Below, piece after piece: positions 9,835-20,228 of a DNA stretch of 64,000 nucleotides (position 1 is the first letter of the stretch; every line of letters begins with the position of its first letter). The stretch comes from Candidatus Sabulitectum sp. GTDB taxonomy: Bacteria > Fermentibacterota > Fermentibacteria > Fermentibacterales > JCC-6. A program made the position numbers and the translations under genes. A model generated the notes under the pieces. It saw only the letters and a list, made by a program, of their open reading frames with translations. It was not told where the DNA came from and did not search any database. The stretch spans positions 4,757 to 68,756 of the forward strand of contig JAOZUR010000004.1 in the NCBI GenBank assembly GCA_029938555.1, read 5' to 3'.

Positions 9835-11809
9835 AAACTAACTCTATAAAATCGTTCTCTGATACTATTTTTACACCTAAAGTTTTTGCTTTTCCCAATT
9901 TTGACCCAACATTCTCGCCTATCACAAGCATGGTTGTTTTACCGGTTATAGAACCGGTAACTTTACCACCTGCCATTTGTGCCAATTCTTTTGCTTTTTG
10001 CCTAGGTATCTGAAGAGATCCGGTGAACACAATAGTTTCACCTGCTAGAATTTTCCCGATTCTTTTTTCTTCTTCCACCGGATCAAAACCAACATTAACC
10101 AACTGTTGAATAACCTCTGAGGTTATCGGGCTGGAAAAGAACCCTATAATAGACGTTGCAATTACATGACCTACGCCCTTGATCGCAATCAATTCTTCTT
10201 CTGTAGCTGCCCCTAGAGCCTCAAGACCCATAAACCTGCCTGCAATGTCTCGCGAGACCACTTCCCCAACTCCTGGAATACCAAGCCCTGTTAAAAACCT
10301 ACTCAAAGAAACTGTTTTGCTTTTTTCCAAAGCTGAAAACAACTTCGTTACTTTTAATTCACCCATTCGTTCCATATTTGTCAGAGCATGAAATTCAAGG
10401 TTGTAAAGGTCAGCTATTGTTTTTACCATTCCGGAATTTACTAGCTGACCACACAGCTTCTCACCCAATCCATCAATATCCAAAGATTTCCTGGAAGCCC
10501 AATGTTCGAGACTTCTCTGTAATCTAGCACTGCAGGAAGGATTTATGCAGTATAGATTGATTTCTCCATCTGGCTGAGCAACCGGTCCATTACAAACAGG
10601 GCATTTATCTGGCATACTAAACAATTGACCTCTGGTTGATACTTCTGAAGGCAGGCTTTTTACAACTTCAGGAATAACGTCCCCCGCCCTTCTCACAAGA
10701 ACAATATCACCAACTCTTACATCTTTCCTGATTATCTCCTCCTGATTGTGCAGTGTAGCATTTGTAACTACAACTCCACCAACCTGGACAGGTTCCAGCC
10801 TTGCCACCGGTGTTAGCCTACCGGTTCTACCCACTTGAACCTCTATTCCAATCAACGCTGTAGACATTTCCTCTGCATGAAATTTCCACGCTGTGGCCCA
10901 CTTTGGTGCCCGGGCCAAAGAGCCAATTTTATCCCGTAAAGAAAAATCATTAAGTTTGATAACCATTCCGTCAATTTCCATTGGAAGATTCGATCTGACC
11001 TCCACCAATTCATCATAAGCTTCAATAACCTGTTCAGTGGTAGTGCATATTTTGTTTTTAGGGTTTACCACAAAACCCCATTCATGAAATTTCTTTAGTA
11101 ACTGATTCTGATTAAGAATACCAGCGGGATAAAAACCTGTGGCGTAAGCCATGAAAGAAAGTGGTCTGCTAGCCGTAACAGAACTATCCAGCTGACGCAA
11201 AGATCCACTAGTGGCATTTCGTGGATTAGCAAAAACAGATTCACCGGCTTCTTTCTTTCCCAAATTCATTTTTTGGAAATTCTTTGTCATAAAAAAAACC
11301 TCTCCTCTAATCTCCACATTGATCGATTCATCTGTATGAAGTTTCAAAGGAATAGAACGAATTGTTCTGGCATTACTGGTAACATCCTCACCTCTCACAC
11401 CATCACCGCGAGTAGCTGCCTGAACAAGCATAGAATCCCTGTAAACAAGTGACAAAGAAACACCATCTAATTTGGGTTCAACTGAGTACGCTATCTGTTC
11501 CGTATCTAAATCAGAAACAATTCTATTGTTGAATGAAATAAAATCTTCCTGACTGAATACATTAGACAGACTAAGCATTGGAGCTTCGTGTAACACCGAA
11601 GAAAAAGAGGCTAAGGGAACAGAACCAACTCTGACCGTTGGTGAAAATTCACTTTTAAGATCAGGATACTCTCTTTCAAGAAACAAAAGCCTGTTCATCA
11701 GTGCATCATATTGCTCATCGGAAACTTCCGAAGCATTTTCTGTGTAGTACGCATGATTGTATTTACTTATCAAAATTCGAAGATTTGCAATTTCTGTCAC
11801 TGGTTTCAT
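9809..11809 (-). CDS. ligA: NAD-dependent DNA ligase
   Basis: 666 aa with KxDG adenylation motif context (EPKLDGVSLSL), OB fold, the Zn finger CPVCNGPV...C..C, HhH repeats and a C-terminal BRCT. Confidence 0.95.
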   Translation of the reverse strand: MKPVTEIANLRILISKYNHAYYTENASEVSDEQYDALMNRLLFLEREYPDLKSEFSPTVRVGSVPLASFSSVLHEAPMLSLSNVFSQEDFISFNNRIVSDLDTEQIAYSVEPKLDGVSLSLVYRDSMLVQAATRGDGVRGEDVTSNARTIRSIPLKLHTDESINVEIRGEVFFMTKNFQKMNLGKKEAGESVFANPRNATSGSLRQLDSSVTASRPLSFMAYATGFYPAGILNQNQLLKKFHEWGFVVNPKNKICTTTEQVIEAYDELVEVRSNLPMEIDGMVIKLNDFSLRDKIGSLARAPKWATAWKFHAEEMSTALIGIEVQVGRTGRLTPVARLEPVQVGGVVVTNATLHNQEEIIRKDVRVGDIVLVRRAGDVIPEVVKSLPSEVSTRGQLFSMPDKCPVCNGPVAQPDGEINLYCINPSCSARLQRSLEHWASRKSLDIDGLGEKLCGQLVNSGMVKTIADLYNLEFHALTNMERMGELKVTKLFSALEKSKTVSLSRFLTGLGIPGVGEVVSRDIAGRFMGLEALGAATEEELIAIKGVGHVIATSIIGFFSSPITSEVIQQLVNVGFDPVEEEKRIGKILAGETIVFTGSLQIPRQKAKELAQMAGGKVTGSITGKTTMLVIGENVGSKLGKAKTLGVKIVSENDFIELVSKEQRRIK

Positions 11810-13800
11810 TCAATCCCCCTAGAATCAAGTCTGTAGTACATGAAATCTGCTGGAATCAAACCCTCTGGATTTAAATCAATAGCATTAACCACACCATACT
11901 GTAAGTTTGAATTACACTGAAGGATCCCAGCCACATCTGACTGCTGTAAAACCTCTGTATACACAGTATCTTCATAAAACAACTGACAGCTGTTAAAATC
12001 CAGATTAAATGGTATCCCAGGTTGAATTTCCATCATATCTATTTGAATTCCCCCCTGCTGCTGCCACCAGTTCACTTTTATCTGCGGAATACCCGGCTGA
12101 TACAACAAAGCCCTTAGAAGGTCATACTTTTCTGTATTACTGAACAATCTTAAACTTGAAGTAATCTTTAACCAGAAATTTCCACTGGAAGCATGGGTAA
12201 AACCCTGAAGAAGATGAGGCAATCTGTTCAGCATTCTTAAAGAACGGAGATACTCAAGAACTATAACACCTTTTCCCTGAGCAATATAAGGCCTTAGAGG
12301 TGAATTTACAAGCATGAGATCCCCAAAGGCATATTCTTCGCTCAAAGGAGTACTTTCGTTGCCACCCAAATTTTCTGTGTGGTAAAGGTAATACTTTAAA
12401 TATGCTTTTCTTACAGAAACAAGACCACTGTGATCATTACAATATGTAGCATAATATCTAAGAGGCATCCATGAAACAAGCATATCGAATAAAATAGGGT
12501 CAAGTTGAAGAGACTGGGCCAAAATACCCCCTGCCGCTTCAATAAGAATTTCACTTCCAGCTGGGATTTCACCATTTACAAAGCTCTCATCCCAAGATGA
12601 AACATTAACAAGACTCTCAAGAGAACCTCTAGAAAACAACATTCCCCCAAAAGCAGATGTAACCAAAGTTCCGCTGGGATTAATTATTTCCACAAAGCTA
12701 AATTCCACAGAGGAAAAGTCAAGCACACTTCGAAGTACAGAAGCAATCTTAACCACTGCTGTACTATCAAGAGATGAAATTGGAGCCCCTTCAAATGTCA
12801 GCATTCTGTATCTTGGAAATATCACTTTTTCCGAGTAATCGCCAATAGCTATTAAAAGCCCACCTACAATTCCACCTGGCTCTGAGTTCCATTCATCTGG
12901 TGTGCCTCCTGGTGCCAGCGGTGTCCATGACACAATAGAATCAGGAAGAAAAATTTTAACAACATAGTTAGAAGGGCTAGAAGCCAAAGGATAATAAGCA
13001 TCGCTGGAAAGATATGCCGAAGTAAGTCTGGATTGCACACTGACTATGCCTTGAGAATCAAGATATGGAATATTTATCTGGAATTGATTTCTAAAAACAC
13101 CGGTATACAATCCAGAAGAATCAGCAAAACAAATATAACTATTTGGAGCACTGCCTCTTCTGAAAACGCCTGCCGTTGATGAAATAACAGAACTGAGATC
13201 TCTACGAATAAAGGTAAAGTACATAGAGTCCACGTTGCTTCCTCTAAAATCAACCACCAACGAATCAATAACTTCAAGAAGAGTGCTTGTTGAATCCTGC
13301 TGATAGTAAACAAGAAGATGATGAGTTACATCAGGCGGCGGTTCAACCGCCACAGCAGCTCTGTCAATATCAATTTCACTACCTGTTCGATCAGTAAGGT
13401 AAACAGATCTTAATCCCACAGGGCGAATGAGACTTGCTTTACTATAAACATCAATTACTTCTTCGATCAACTGATTATCACCGGTATCTGGAATAATTAC
13501 CGAAAAAACCAGTTTTACACCACCACCTACATTCCATTGTCTATTGAATCGAAGTGAGTCAGGCAAAACTGTATCAAAATGAAGAGAATCCAGTTCAGTT
13601 TCTGCATGGGCTGTTGATATAAAAAGTAACTCGAATCGTACTTCAGCGGAATTAACTGAATCATGTTGAACAGACCAATCCCCAAGATAGGTTAGAGACC
13701 GTATTTCAGATACTTCTACATTTTCAACAGTAACACTATCTTCGTCGCAAGAAATAACCAGCAAAAGAAACAAAAACAAAATCGCTTTTGAAAACCTCAT
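11806..13800 (-). CDS. hypothetical lipoprotein (664 aa)
   Basis: Signal peptide plus lipobox (MRFSKAILFLFLLLVISCDE). No recognisable catalytic motif. The start overlaps the ligA stop by 4 nt. Confidence 0.7.
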   Translation of the reverse strand: MRFSKAILFLFLLLVISCDEDSVTVENVEVSEIRSLTYLGDWSVQHDSVNSAEVRFELLFISTAHAETELDSLHFDTVLPDSLRFNRQWNVGGGVKLVFSVIIPDTGDNQLIEEVIDVYSKASLIRPVGLRSVYLTDRTGSEIDIDRAAVAVEPPPDVTHHLLVYYQQDSTSTLLEVIDSLVVDFRGSNVDSMYFTFIRRDLSSVISSTAGVFRRGSAPNSYICFADSSGLYTGVFRNQFQINIPYLDSQGIVSVQSRLTSAYLSSDAYYPLASSPSNYVVKIFLPDSIVSWTPLAPGGTPDEWNSEPGGIVGGLLIAIGDYSEKVIFPRYRMLTFEGAPISSLDSTAVVKIASVLRSVLDFSSVEFSFVEIINPSGTLVTSAFGGMLFSRGSLESLVNVSSWDESFVNGEIPAGSEILIEAAGGILAQSLQLDPILFDMLVSWMPLRYYATYCNDHSGLVSVRKAYLKYYLYHTENLGGNESTPLSEEYAFGDLMLVNSPLRPYIAQGKGVIVLEYLRSLRMLNRLPHLLQGFTHASSGNFWLKITSSLRLFSNTEKYDLLRALLYQPGIPQIKVNWWQQQGGIQIDMMEIQPGIPFNLDFNSCQLFYEDTVYTEVLQQSDVAGILQCNSNLQYGVVNAIDLNPEGLIPADFMYYRLDSRGIE

Positions 13801-13874
13801 AAATACTCACATTTCATCAGGGTTGACTACCGCTTTTTTTTTCATAGTTTCCCACATCATGAAAGGCGGTATAC

Positions 13875-14573
13875 ATGGAATTATTAAAAATACTTACACT
13901 GGCAGTCAACGGCCAGTATTCTCAAGACCCAAATCCCACTTCAGCAGTCCTGTTTTCATTTTATGCGTTAGCTGTTTTTCTTCTTATTCAATTTCTTGGA
14001 GTACGATTCTTCACAAGTTGTAAAGAAAGATACAAAAACTTTCCTCTCATTTCTTTTATCATCCTGGCGACTTTGGCTGTAGCAGCATTGGTCACAGCTT
14101 TTTTTCTTGAAAGCTTCCCCCATAATCTCTTTCTTGGGGTTGTAGGAGGAGTATTCATCTGGACATCACTTGGGGAAATTGCCGAGCAACTTGGTTGGTA
14201 CAAATCTCACGCAAGAAATGCTGTATGGATATATCTGTTAACTACAGCTGTGTGGCTGGTGCTTGCTCTAATGAAACACGACATTCCAATTCCAATTCTA
14301 GGTTTTATAGGTTACCCTCTTCTTGCGTGGGGAACCCATCTTACAAGAGTGCGATTAATTCATAAATGGGGTGCTAACTCCTTTGCTTCTACTCTTCTTC
14401 TACTAGTAATGGCTGCCATTTCCGGTGGAGCAGTAGTTGCTGGAGCCCTGATTGGAACTAAGTTTTCTGGAATGATGGGTGGATTAGTTTTTGCTGTTTC
14501 CTCTTGGTCTATTATGGAAATCATCTGGGAAAAAGGTATGGCAAACGGCCCTTGGAAAGAATCTCAACACTGA
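13875..14573 (+). CDS. hypothetical polytopic membrane protein (232 aa)
   Basis: Predicted to have about six hydrophobic helices. It is followed by a strong terminator. Confidence 0.55.
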   Translation: MELLKILTLAVNGQYSQDPNPTSAVLFSFYALAVFLLIQFLGVRFFTSCKERYKNFPLISFIILATLAVAALVTAFFLESFPHNLFLGVVGGVFIWTSLGEIAEQLGWYKSHARNAVWIYLLTTAVWLVLALMKHDIPIPILGFIGYPLLAWGTHLTRVRLIHKWGANSFASTLLLLVMAAISGGAVVAGALIGTKFSGMMGGLVFAVSSWSIMEIIWEKGMANGPWKESQH

Positions 14574-14580
14574 TTTATGA

Positions 14581-14614
14581 AAACCCCGATGAAGTAATTC
14601 CATCGGGGTTTTTC
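14581..14614. terminator. bidirectional intrinsic terminator between convergent genes
   Basis: Perfect 12-bp stem aaaaccccgatg / catcggggtttt with loop aagtaattc. The A-tract and T-tract are symmetric. Confidence 0.75.
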
Positions 14615-14623
14615 ACTTCAGTA

Positions 14624-15958
14624 CTAATAAATTAAGTAAGTGAGCCCTGCTGAAAAACTGACAGGTGGCGGTTTGATCTCAGCGTAATAAATCTCACCAG
14701 GTAAAGCATCTCTGTTGTAACCCTGCCAGTCAGTCACTGTCCAACTATCAGCAGATGATCCCAATCGCCCTACAGCACCAACATGGATTCCAAATCTACT
14801 ACTGAAAAGAAACTCAAAATTGGCACTTGCTGTTCCAACAATAGTTGCAGTATTCGCTGATGATGAGATTGAGTCTGCTCTGGTATTCTGCATGAGATAT
14901 GAAGCTTCAAAACCAAGGCCAACCCTCAACCCCACAGCAGGAGAAGAGAGAGGAATCCTTGTTCCAACTTCCCCTCTTACACCAATGGATGACAATCTTG
15001 GTAGTACTCCAGAGAAAAGTGCTCCTGACAGGGAAAGACCCCACTTGCTTGTTCCTCCAAAGAACTCTGCTTGATTTGCAATTTTAGAAGTTTCATTTTC
15101 CTCGCCGGTAAGATTATCACCAGGAACAACCTCAATAGGTAAAACAGAATAAGAAAGAGCGATTAAACCTGGTGTTGAGTTTTCAACAGCAGTAACAGTT
15201 GCACCTTCAACAAGTTCTCCTGCAATCAATCTTCCAGAACCAGAATTTGAGGAGGAACTGGTAACTTGTATAATTCCATGACTACTTAACTGACTATACT
15301 CATCGGCAGACCGTGGAACCCCAAGCGATAACGCAACAACAGAGAAAACCATTCCTTTTCTGACTCCACCATTTGTACCAACAGGAAGAGTAAAAACCGG
15401 TCCCTGATCTACTATAAAAGAAAACTCATAGGGAAATATTTCATTTAAGCTTCGCTGAGTTACAAGAACTACCCCCTGCAAAGCCAGTGCTTCCAAATCA
15501 ATTGATGCTGAACTTTGCAGACTGCCTGAGAATTTTTTCTCGCGCACGGAACCTAACAGAGTACCCTCAGATGTATAAAACCTGCCAGTGACATCTACAG
15601 ATGTATTCCTTGTGACATTCAAGCTAGTGGCAGATCCATGGCTTACATCTGTTTGAGGTGAAGAAACATCAAGAAGCATAAACATATCAATACTCATATC
15701 AGCAGCAATTGCTCTTATACGAATATTCTGATCATCAGGAACCCCATGATAATCTGAATGTGATGATACATCAACCACCTCAAATCGACCACTTTGAAAA
15801 AAGACCGCTTCAGCAGCAGACTTAATTTCCATTATATCATAATTATTTACTGCATCCTCAAAAACCGGAATAACTGCAATTCGTGGCAAGCTGATACTTT
15901 CAGCTACTGCACCAATGGTCAGCGAAAACAACAAAAGAAAAAGAACTTTGGTTTTCAT
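14624..15958 (-). CDS. hypothetical outer-membrane protein: N-terminal CsgG/TolB-N-like periplasmic domain plus C-terminal beta-barrel-like region
   Basis: Signal peptide MKTKVLFLLLFSLTIGAVA, followed by the IAVIPVFED...GRFEVVD motif. The second half is G/S-rich with alternating hydrophobic residues and ends in an aromatic residue (LTYLIY). Confidence 0.6.
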   Translation of the reverse strand: MKTKVLFLLLFSLTIGAVAESISLPRIAVIPVFEDAVNNYDIMEIKSAAEAVFFQSGRFEVVDVSSHSDYHGVPDDQNIRIRAIAADMSIDMFMLLDVSSPQTDVSHGSATSLNVTRNTSVDVTGRFYTSEGTLLGSVREKKFSGSLQSSASIDLEALALQGVVLVTQRSLNEIFPYEFSFIVDQGPVFTLPVGTNGGVRKGMVFSVVALSLGVPRSADEYSQLSSHGIIQVTSSSSNSGSGRLIAGELVEGATVTAVENSTPGLIALSYSVLPIEVVPGDNLTGEENETSKIANQAEFFGGTSKWGLSLSGALFSGVLPRLSSIGVRGEVGTRIPLSSPAVGLRVGLGFEASYLMQNTRADSISSSANTATIVGTASANFEFLFSSRFGIHVGAVGRLGSSADSWTVTDWQGYNRDALPGEIYYAEIKPPPVSFSAGLTYLIY

Positions 15959-16034
15959 ATGAAATCTCCCTTCAAAAACAATCTATTTCTTTTAATTTAT
16001 CAACATTAATGGGAAATGGAAAGGGGTGAATAAA

Positions 16035-17093
16035 TCACCGAAAATACACAATCACAGAGCAATTTTCATAACTGGTTCTAGGAATACCTATTAGAACCCC
16101 GTCAAGAGTCTCATCACCGGAAATAAAACCGTCTGAATTAATGCCTAAAACAAGAGATTCGCCGGCGAGGTAACTTTTTTCAGCAAGAAGAGAATCAATA
16201 ATCGAAAAAAGTGAATCCCAATCAGATCTTTGAATAACATAAGTTTCTTTTGATTGCTGAACGATAGAGACTGTATATGTCACGGACAAAATAGCCTCGC
16301 AGGGAGATTCATAAACCCGCTGAACATCATTTTCCGATTCCTGAGTAGGCAATCCTCCAATACCAGAATCACCAGAGCCTCCGCCACCAGTGCCCACTGC
16401 CCCACCGGAAGGCGGTAAGTTAGAAGTTCCTGCGGCAAAACACAACTCATCTTGTACTGCAACCTGAACAACCGCAGGAGAAGACTCAGTTGAAGCAAAA
16501 GATACATCTGAATTAATCCCAGCAATATCTACAGGAAGATCACCTTCTGAATCAGAATAATGCTCTGTCATTGATTCATCTTCAATTACTAAGACTTCGG
16601 AGTGTTCAGAAGAAACATCAGATATTTGACCTTCAACAATATCGTCCATATTTTCGGTTTCTTCTGAAACAACTGTTTCTTCAGATTCCTCCTGTATTAC
16701 AGGCTCAACATCATCAACTAAATCTTCATGAGTGGCAGAAATTGTCTGTTCTATAACTATAGATGAAAGTGATCTTGTTTCTTCATCTACATAAAAAATC
16801 TTTACACCTATATACGCAGCACAAATAACAGCTGCTAAAAACCATGTTTGCTGCCTACGCCACCATTGAGTTGCCGGCTCAATACTACTACGCATAGTTT
16901 TAAAATCAGACTCGTCTGGATCAACCCAAGCATTCCGCCAGACTGTTTCCATTTTTTTCTGAGCTAAAATATAATTTTCACAGTCAGTACACTTCTCCAC
17001 ATGAGCGGAAATGGTTTCTATTTCACTAACAGGCAGTTCTTTATCAATCCAAGCTAAAAGAATTTCTTTGGAAGGACATATCATGGCGCACAT
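16035..17093 (-). CDS. anti-sigma factor (zf-HC2 zinc-finger, single TM, acidic and Gly-rich extracytoplasmic domain)
   Basis: HVEKCTDCENY motif with a TM segment (WFLAAVICAAYIGVKIF). It overlaps the ECF sigma gene by 13 nt. Confidence 0.7.
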   Translation of the reverse strand: MCAMICPSKEILLAWIDKELPVSEIETISAHVEKCTDCENYILAQKKMETVWRNAWVDPDESDFKTMRSSIEPATQWWRRQQTWFLAAVICAAYIGVKIFYVDEETRSLSSIVIEQTISATHEDLVDDVEPVIQEESEETVVSEETENMDDIVEGQISDVSSEHSEVLVIEDESMTEHYSDSEGDLPVDIAGINSDVSFASTESSPAVVQVAVQDELCFAAGTSNLPPSGGAVGTGGGGSGDSGIGGLPTQESENDVQRVYESPCEAILSVTYTVSIVQQSKETYVIQRSDWDSLFSIIDSLLAEKSYLAGESLVLGINSDGFISGDETLDGVLIGIPRTSYENCSVIVYFR

Positions 17094-17680
17094 CCTAGTT
17101 CATTCACTACGAATATTTTTACCGAATTTCGTGCCCTGTTTAACCGTGACATAACAGTACCTGTGGCAATGCCAAGGCTTTCTGCAATTTCCTCGTAACT
17201 GAGTTCCTGATCCACTCTTAAAACAAAAACAATACGCAAAGCCGGAGACAGTTGTTCGATTGCTTTCTGAACGGCTTTTACCAGTAGATCCCGGTTGCAT
17301 TCTTTAATTGCGGTATCTGCGGTAGAAGTTAATCCACCACTTCCATACCCCTCATCAAATTCTACTTCTGAGCGTCTTCCACGGGATCGGGAAAAATTAA
17401 TTGCAGTATTTGTTACTATTCTATACATCCAAGTAAAAAAACGATACTCCACCTTGAAGTTGTGCATTGCTTTCATAGCTTTAATAAAAGCTTCCTGGGT
17501 AATATCCCAAGCATCGTCATCACAATTACACATTCTTCTTGCCACTCTGAACACTCGTTTTTCATACATTTTGACTATTTCTCCAAATGCTTCCTTGTTA
17601 CCGCTAACGGCTTTTTCAAGAAGTTCTGGTTCTGAAGCGGATAATCCCGCTGTCAAAAAGTATACAAGGTGAAAGATCAT
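17081..17680 (-). CDS. ECF-type RNA polymerase sigma factor (sigma-70 regions 2 and 4)
   Basis: ITQEAFIKAMKAMHNFKVEYRFFTWMYRIVTNTAINFSRSR is region 2, and the C-terminal LSYEEIAESLGIATGTVMSRLNRAR is region 4. Confidence 0.85.
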   Translation of the reverse strand: MIFHLVYFLTAGLSASEPELLEKAVSGNKEAFGEIVKMYEKRVFRVARRMCNCDDDAWDITQEAFIKAMKAMHNFKVEYRFFTWMYRIVTNTAINFSRSRGRRSEVEFDEGYGSGGLTSTADTAIKECNRDLLVKAVQKAIEQLSPALRIVFVLRVDQELSYEEIAESLGIATGTVMSRLNRARNSVKIFVVNELGCAP

Positions 17681-17691
17681 TTCATTCCTTA

Positions 17692-18114
17692 TTAAAAGTT
17701 TATTTCCGCACCAACACTAAAACCAGCATCCTGATCAAATCTTATATTTTCAGCCTTAAAACTAAAAAGATAGGCATCAACATAAGCATCAAGCAAACCA
17801 ACAACCCAAGCTCCAGCTGTGTACCAAATAAAATCTCGCCGGAGACTACTGTGAAAATCATAACTGTTCTGCCAGTAAACTAAACCAGTTTCCTGATACA
17901 TCTCTCTGGCATTTTCCGATTTATCATTCTCGTAAAAAACCACACCTAATAAGCCCAACTCAACAACCCCGTATAAAAGACCTTTTGTGGGTTTCTCATT
18001 ATAAAACTGCCCCCATCCCGGCAGAACAAGGCTTCTTATTAAAGCTCCCTGTGGATTCCTGTACTGTATAACTGTCGAATCTGTTAATTCAGGTTGCTGG
18101 GTGACAAGAAGCAT
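17692..18114 (-). CDS. DUF5683-family small envelope protein
   Basis: Carries the LPGWGQFYN and DAYVDAYL motifs remembered from Bacteroidota DUF5683 proteins. Confidence 0.55.
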   Translation of the reverse strand: MLLVTQQPELTDSTVIQYRNPQGALIRSLVLPGWGQFYNEKPTKGLLYGVVELGLLGVVFYENDKSENAREMYQETGLVYWQNSYDFHSSLRRDFIWYTAGAWVVGLLDAYVDAYLFSFKAENIRFDQDAGFSVGAEINF

Positions 18115-18131
18115 AAGAAGAAAAAACTGAC

Positions 18132-18893
18132 TCAGATGGTAACCCCTCTCGATGAAGCAGAAATAAACTGAGCCATTCTTTTTCTAATGGAATCAGTTGT
18201 TTCAAGAGAAAGTGCTTCAGAAACTTTTGCTGCCATTGTTTGGGGGTTTTTGAAAAAGTACTTAAAGGAGTCTACAGCGAAAGAAATTTCCTGGTTTGTA
18301 AATCCATTTCGACGAAGGCCAAGTTTATTGACTCCGATCATTCGCAAGGGCTCGCCCCCTGCAAGTGTGAATGGTGATACATCTCTAGAGACCCGGAATC
18401 CTCCACCAATCATCGAATACTCACCTATTCTAGTAAATTGATGAACAGGTACAATACCACCAATAATTGCTTTGGTACCTATCTGAACATGCCCAGCAAG
18501 ATTCACAGAGTTAGCGAGAATAACTCCATCACCAATTACACAATCATGTGCCACATGGCTGAAAGCCATCAAAAAACAATCAGAACCAATTACTGTTTTA
18601 CCTGTAGCACTAGTTCCAGTATTAATATTGGCCATTTCGCGTATAACAGTTCTGGCTCCAACCTCTAGAGTAGTTCTTTCTCCTGAAAACTTTAAATCCT
18701 GTGGATCTGTTCCAATAACCGCACTAGGTCCAACTTTTACATCATCGCCAAGTGTAGTTATTCCCACAACCACAGCATGAGCGTCTATAACAACTCTTTG
18801 CCCTAGAACAACTTCAGGTCCTACAACAGCATAAGGTCCAATCTGAACAGATTCAGGAACCTCACACTGAACAATCGCTGTTGAATGTATCAT
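18132..18893 (-). CDS. lpxA: acyl-ACP--UDP-N-acetylglucosamine O-acyltransferase
   Basis: 253 aa with hexapeptide repeats and the MIHSTAIV... LpxA N-terminus. It sits in the conserved position after fabZ. Confidence 0.9.
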   Translation of the reverse strand: MIHSTAIVQCEVPESVQIGPYAVVGPEVVLGQRVVIDAHAVVVGITTLGDDVKVGPSAVIGTDPQDLKFSGERTTLEVGARTVIREMANINTGTSATGKTVIGSDCFLMAFSHVAHDCVIGDGVILANSVNLAGHVQIGTKAIIGGIVPVHQFTRIGEYSMIGGGFRVSRDVSPFTLAGGEPLRMIGVNKLGLRRNGFTNQEISFAVDSFKYFFKNPQTMAAKVSEALSLETTDSIRKRMAQFISASSRGVTI

Positions 18894-20212
18894 TTTTTCT
18901 CCACCAGCATTGCTGTTAATTCTGCCTCAACTGCAACCCTGTTATCCACCTTAGCAAAACCATGCATTTTCCACATACGCCCTCGTTTACTAAGTAGTTT
19001 CAATTCAAATCTGATCTGATCTCCTGGCAGAATTGGCTTTCTGAACCTGACTTTGTCAATTCCACCAAACAATACAAGCCATCTGGAAGGCTCTTCAACT
19101 GAATCAAAAAGCATCAATCCACCGGCCTGCGCCATTGCTTCTATCACAAGAACTCCAGGCATTATGGGGCTGCCTGGAAAATGTCCCTGAAAAAATGGTT
19201 CATTTATGGTAACATTTTTTATTGCAACAATACTTTTTTCCGGTTCAATTTCAAGCACCCTATCCACAAGAAGAAACGGATAACGATGTGGAAGTAGATT
19301 CATCACATCTGATATATTCCACTGTCTTTTAGTAAGATCTGCTTTTGAAGTTTTAATTTTACCTGCATAAACCTTCATGATCTTTTTCACAAATTGTACA
19401 TTAGAAGCATGTCCACTTTTTGCAGCTATAACATGGCCTTGCAATCTTATGCCCAGAAGAGCCATGTCTCCAATAAGATCCAGTACTTTGTGCCTTACCA
19501 GCTCATCAGGAAACCGAAGCGGAGTATCATTCATAACACCGTCATCACCGATAACAACTGCGTTTTCCAGTGTACCGCCTTGAATCAAACCCTTTTCCTG
19601 AAGAATTTTTACATCCTGATACAAACAGAATGTTCGTGCAGGGGCTATTTCATTAACAAAACTGTCTCTTGTAATATCAAGACTGATATACTGTGTTCCT
19701 ATATGAGGATGATCATAATCAAGAGTAAAACTGATTTTCAGCCCATCATAAGGTACTACTGTAAGACTTGCACCACGATACTCAATGCTAACAGGTTCTG
19801 TAATTACAAAAACTTTGTTGGGAAAACCATTAAGAATTTCTCGACCTGCTTCTTTTAAAACCTCTACATAAGAACGAACTGAACCATCCGCAGGTTCAGG
19901 TGGTTCATCAGAACTAATTTCAATAATGGCATTGTCTATTTCAAGCCCGTAAAGGGCACTCAATACATGCTCAACCGTATGCACTTCATAATAGTTTTCA
20001 CCAAGGGTAGTGCGTCTTGCCTGCTCTTCCACCATTCGAACATTTTCCGGTAACACTTTGATAGTTGGTCGATGTTCTACATCTGTCCTAACAAAAACAT
20101 ATCCGGTATTCGCAGGGGCAGGCAGGAATGTAATGGTGGATTCTTTCCCTAAATGTAACCCACGCCCAGTGTAAGAAACTTGCTCTTTAATTGTTGTTTG
20201 AAAAGGATTCAT
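18890..20212 (-). CDS. lpxC/fabZ: bifunctional UDP-3-O-acyl-GlcNAc deacetylase / 3-hydroxyacyl-ACP dehydratase
   Basis: The N-terminal half is LpxC-like. The C-terminal part carries the FabZ hot-dog motif FFQGHFPGSPIMPGVLVIEAMAQ. This fusion is typical of the FCB group. Confidence 0.9.
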   Translation of the reverse strand: MNPFQTTIKEQVSYTGRGLHLGKESTITFLPAPANTGYVFVRTDVEHRPTIKVLPENVRMVEEQARRTTLGENYYEVHTVEHVLSALYGLEIDNAIIEISSDEPPEPADGSVRSYVEVLKEAGREILNGFPNKVFVITEPVSIEYRGASLTVVPYDGLKISFTLDYDHPHIGTQYISLDITRDSFVNEIAPARTFCLYQDVKILQEKGLIQGGTLENAVVIGDDGVMNDTPLRFPDELVRHKVLDLIGDMALLGIRLQGHVIAAKSGHASNVQFVKKIMKVYAGKIKTSKADLTKRQWNISDVMNLLPHRYPFLLVDRVLEIEPEKSIVAIKNVTINEPFFQGHFPGSPIMPGVLVIEAMAQAGGLMLFDSVEEPSRWLVLFGGIDKVRFRKPILPGDQIRFELKLLSKRGRMWKMHGFAKVDNRVAVEAELTAMLVEKK

Positions 20213-20228
20213 CTGTCTCCAGTTTCTC

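Noticed and set aside
13823-14023. 66-aa ORF overlapping the start of the membrane-protein gene in another frame
   Set aside because: It overlaps a longer hydrophobic ORF and is probably spurious. I cannot exclude a small leader peptide.
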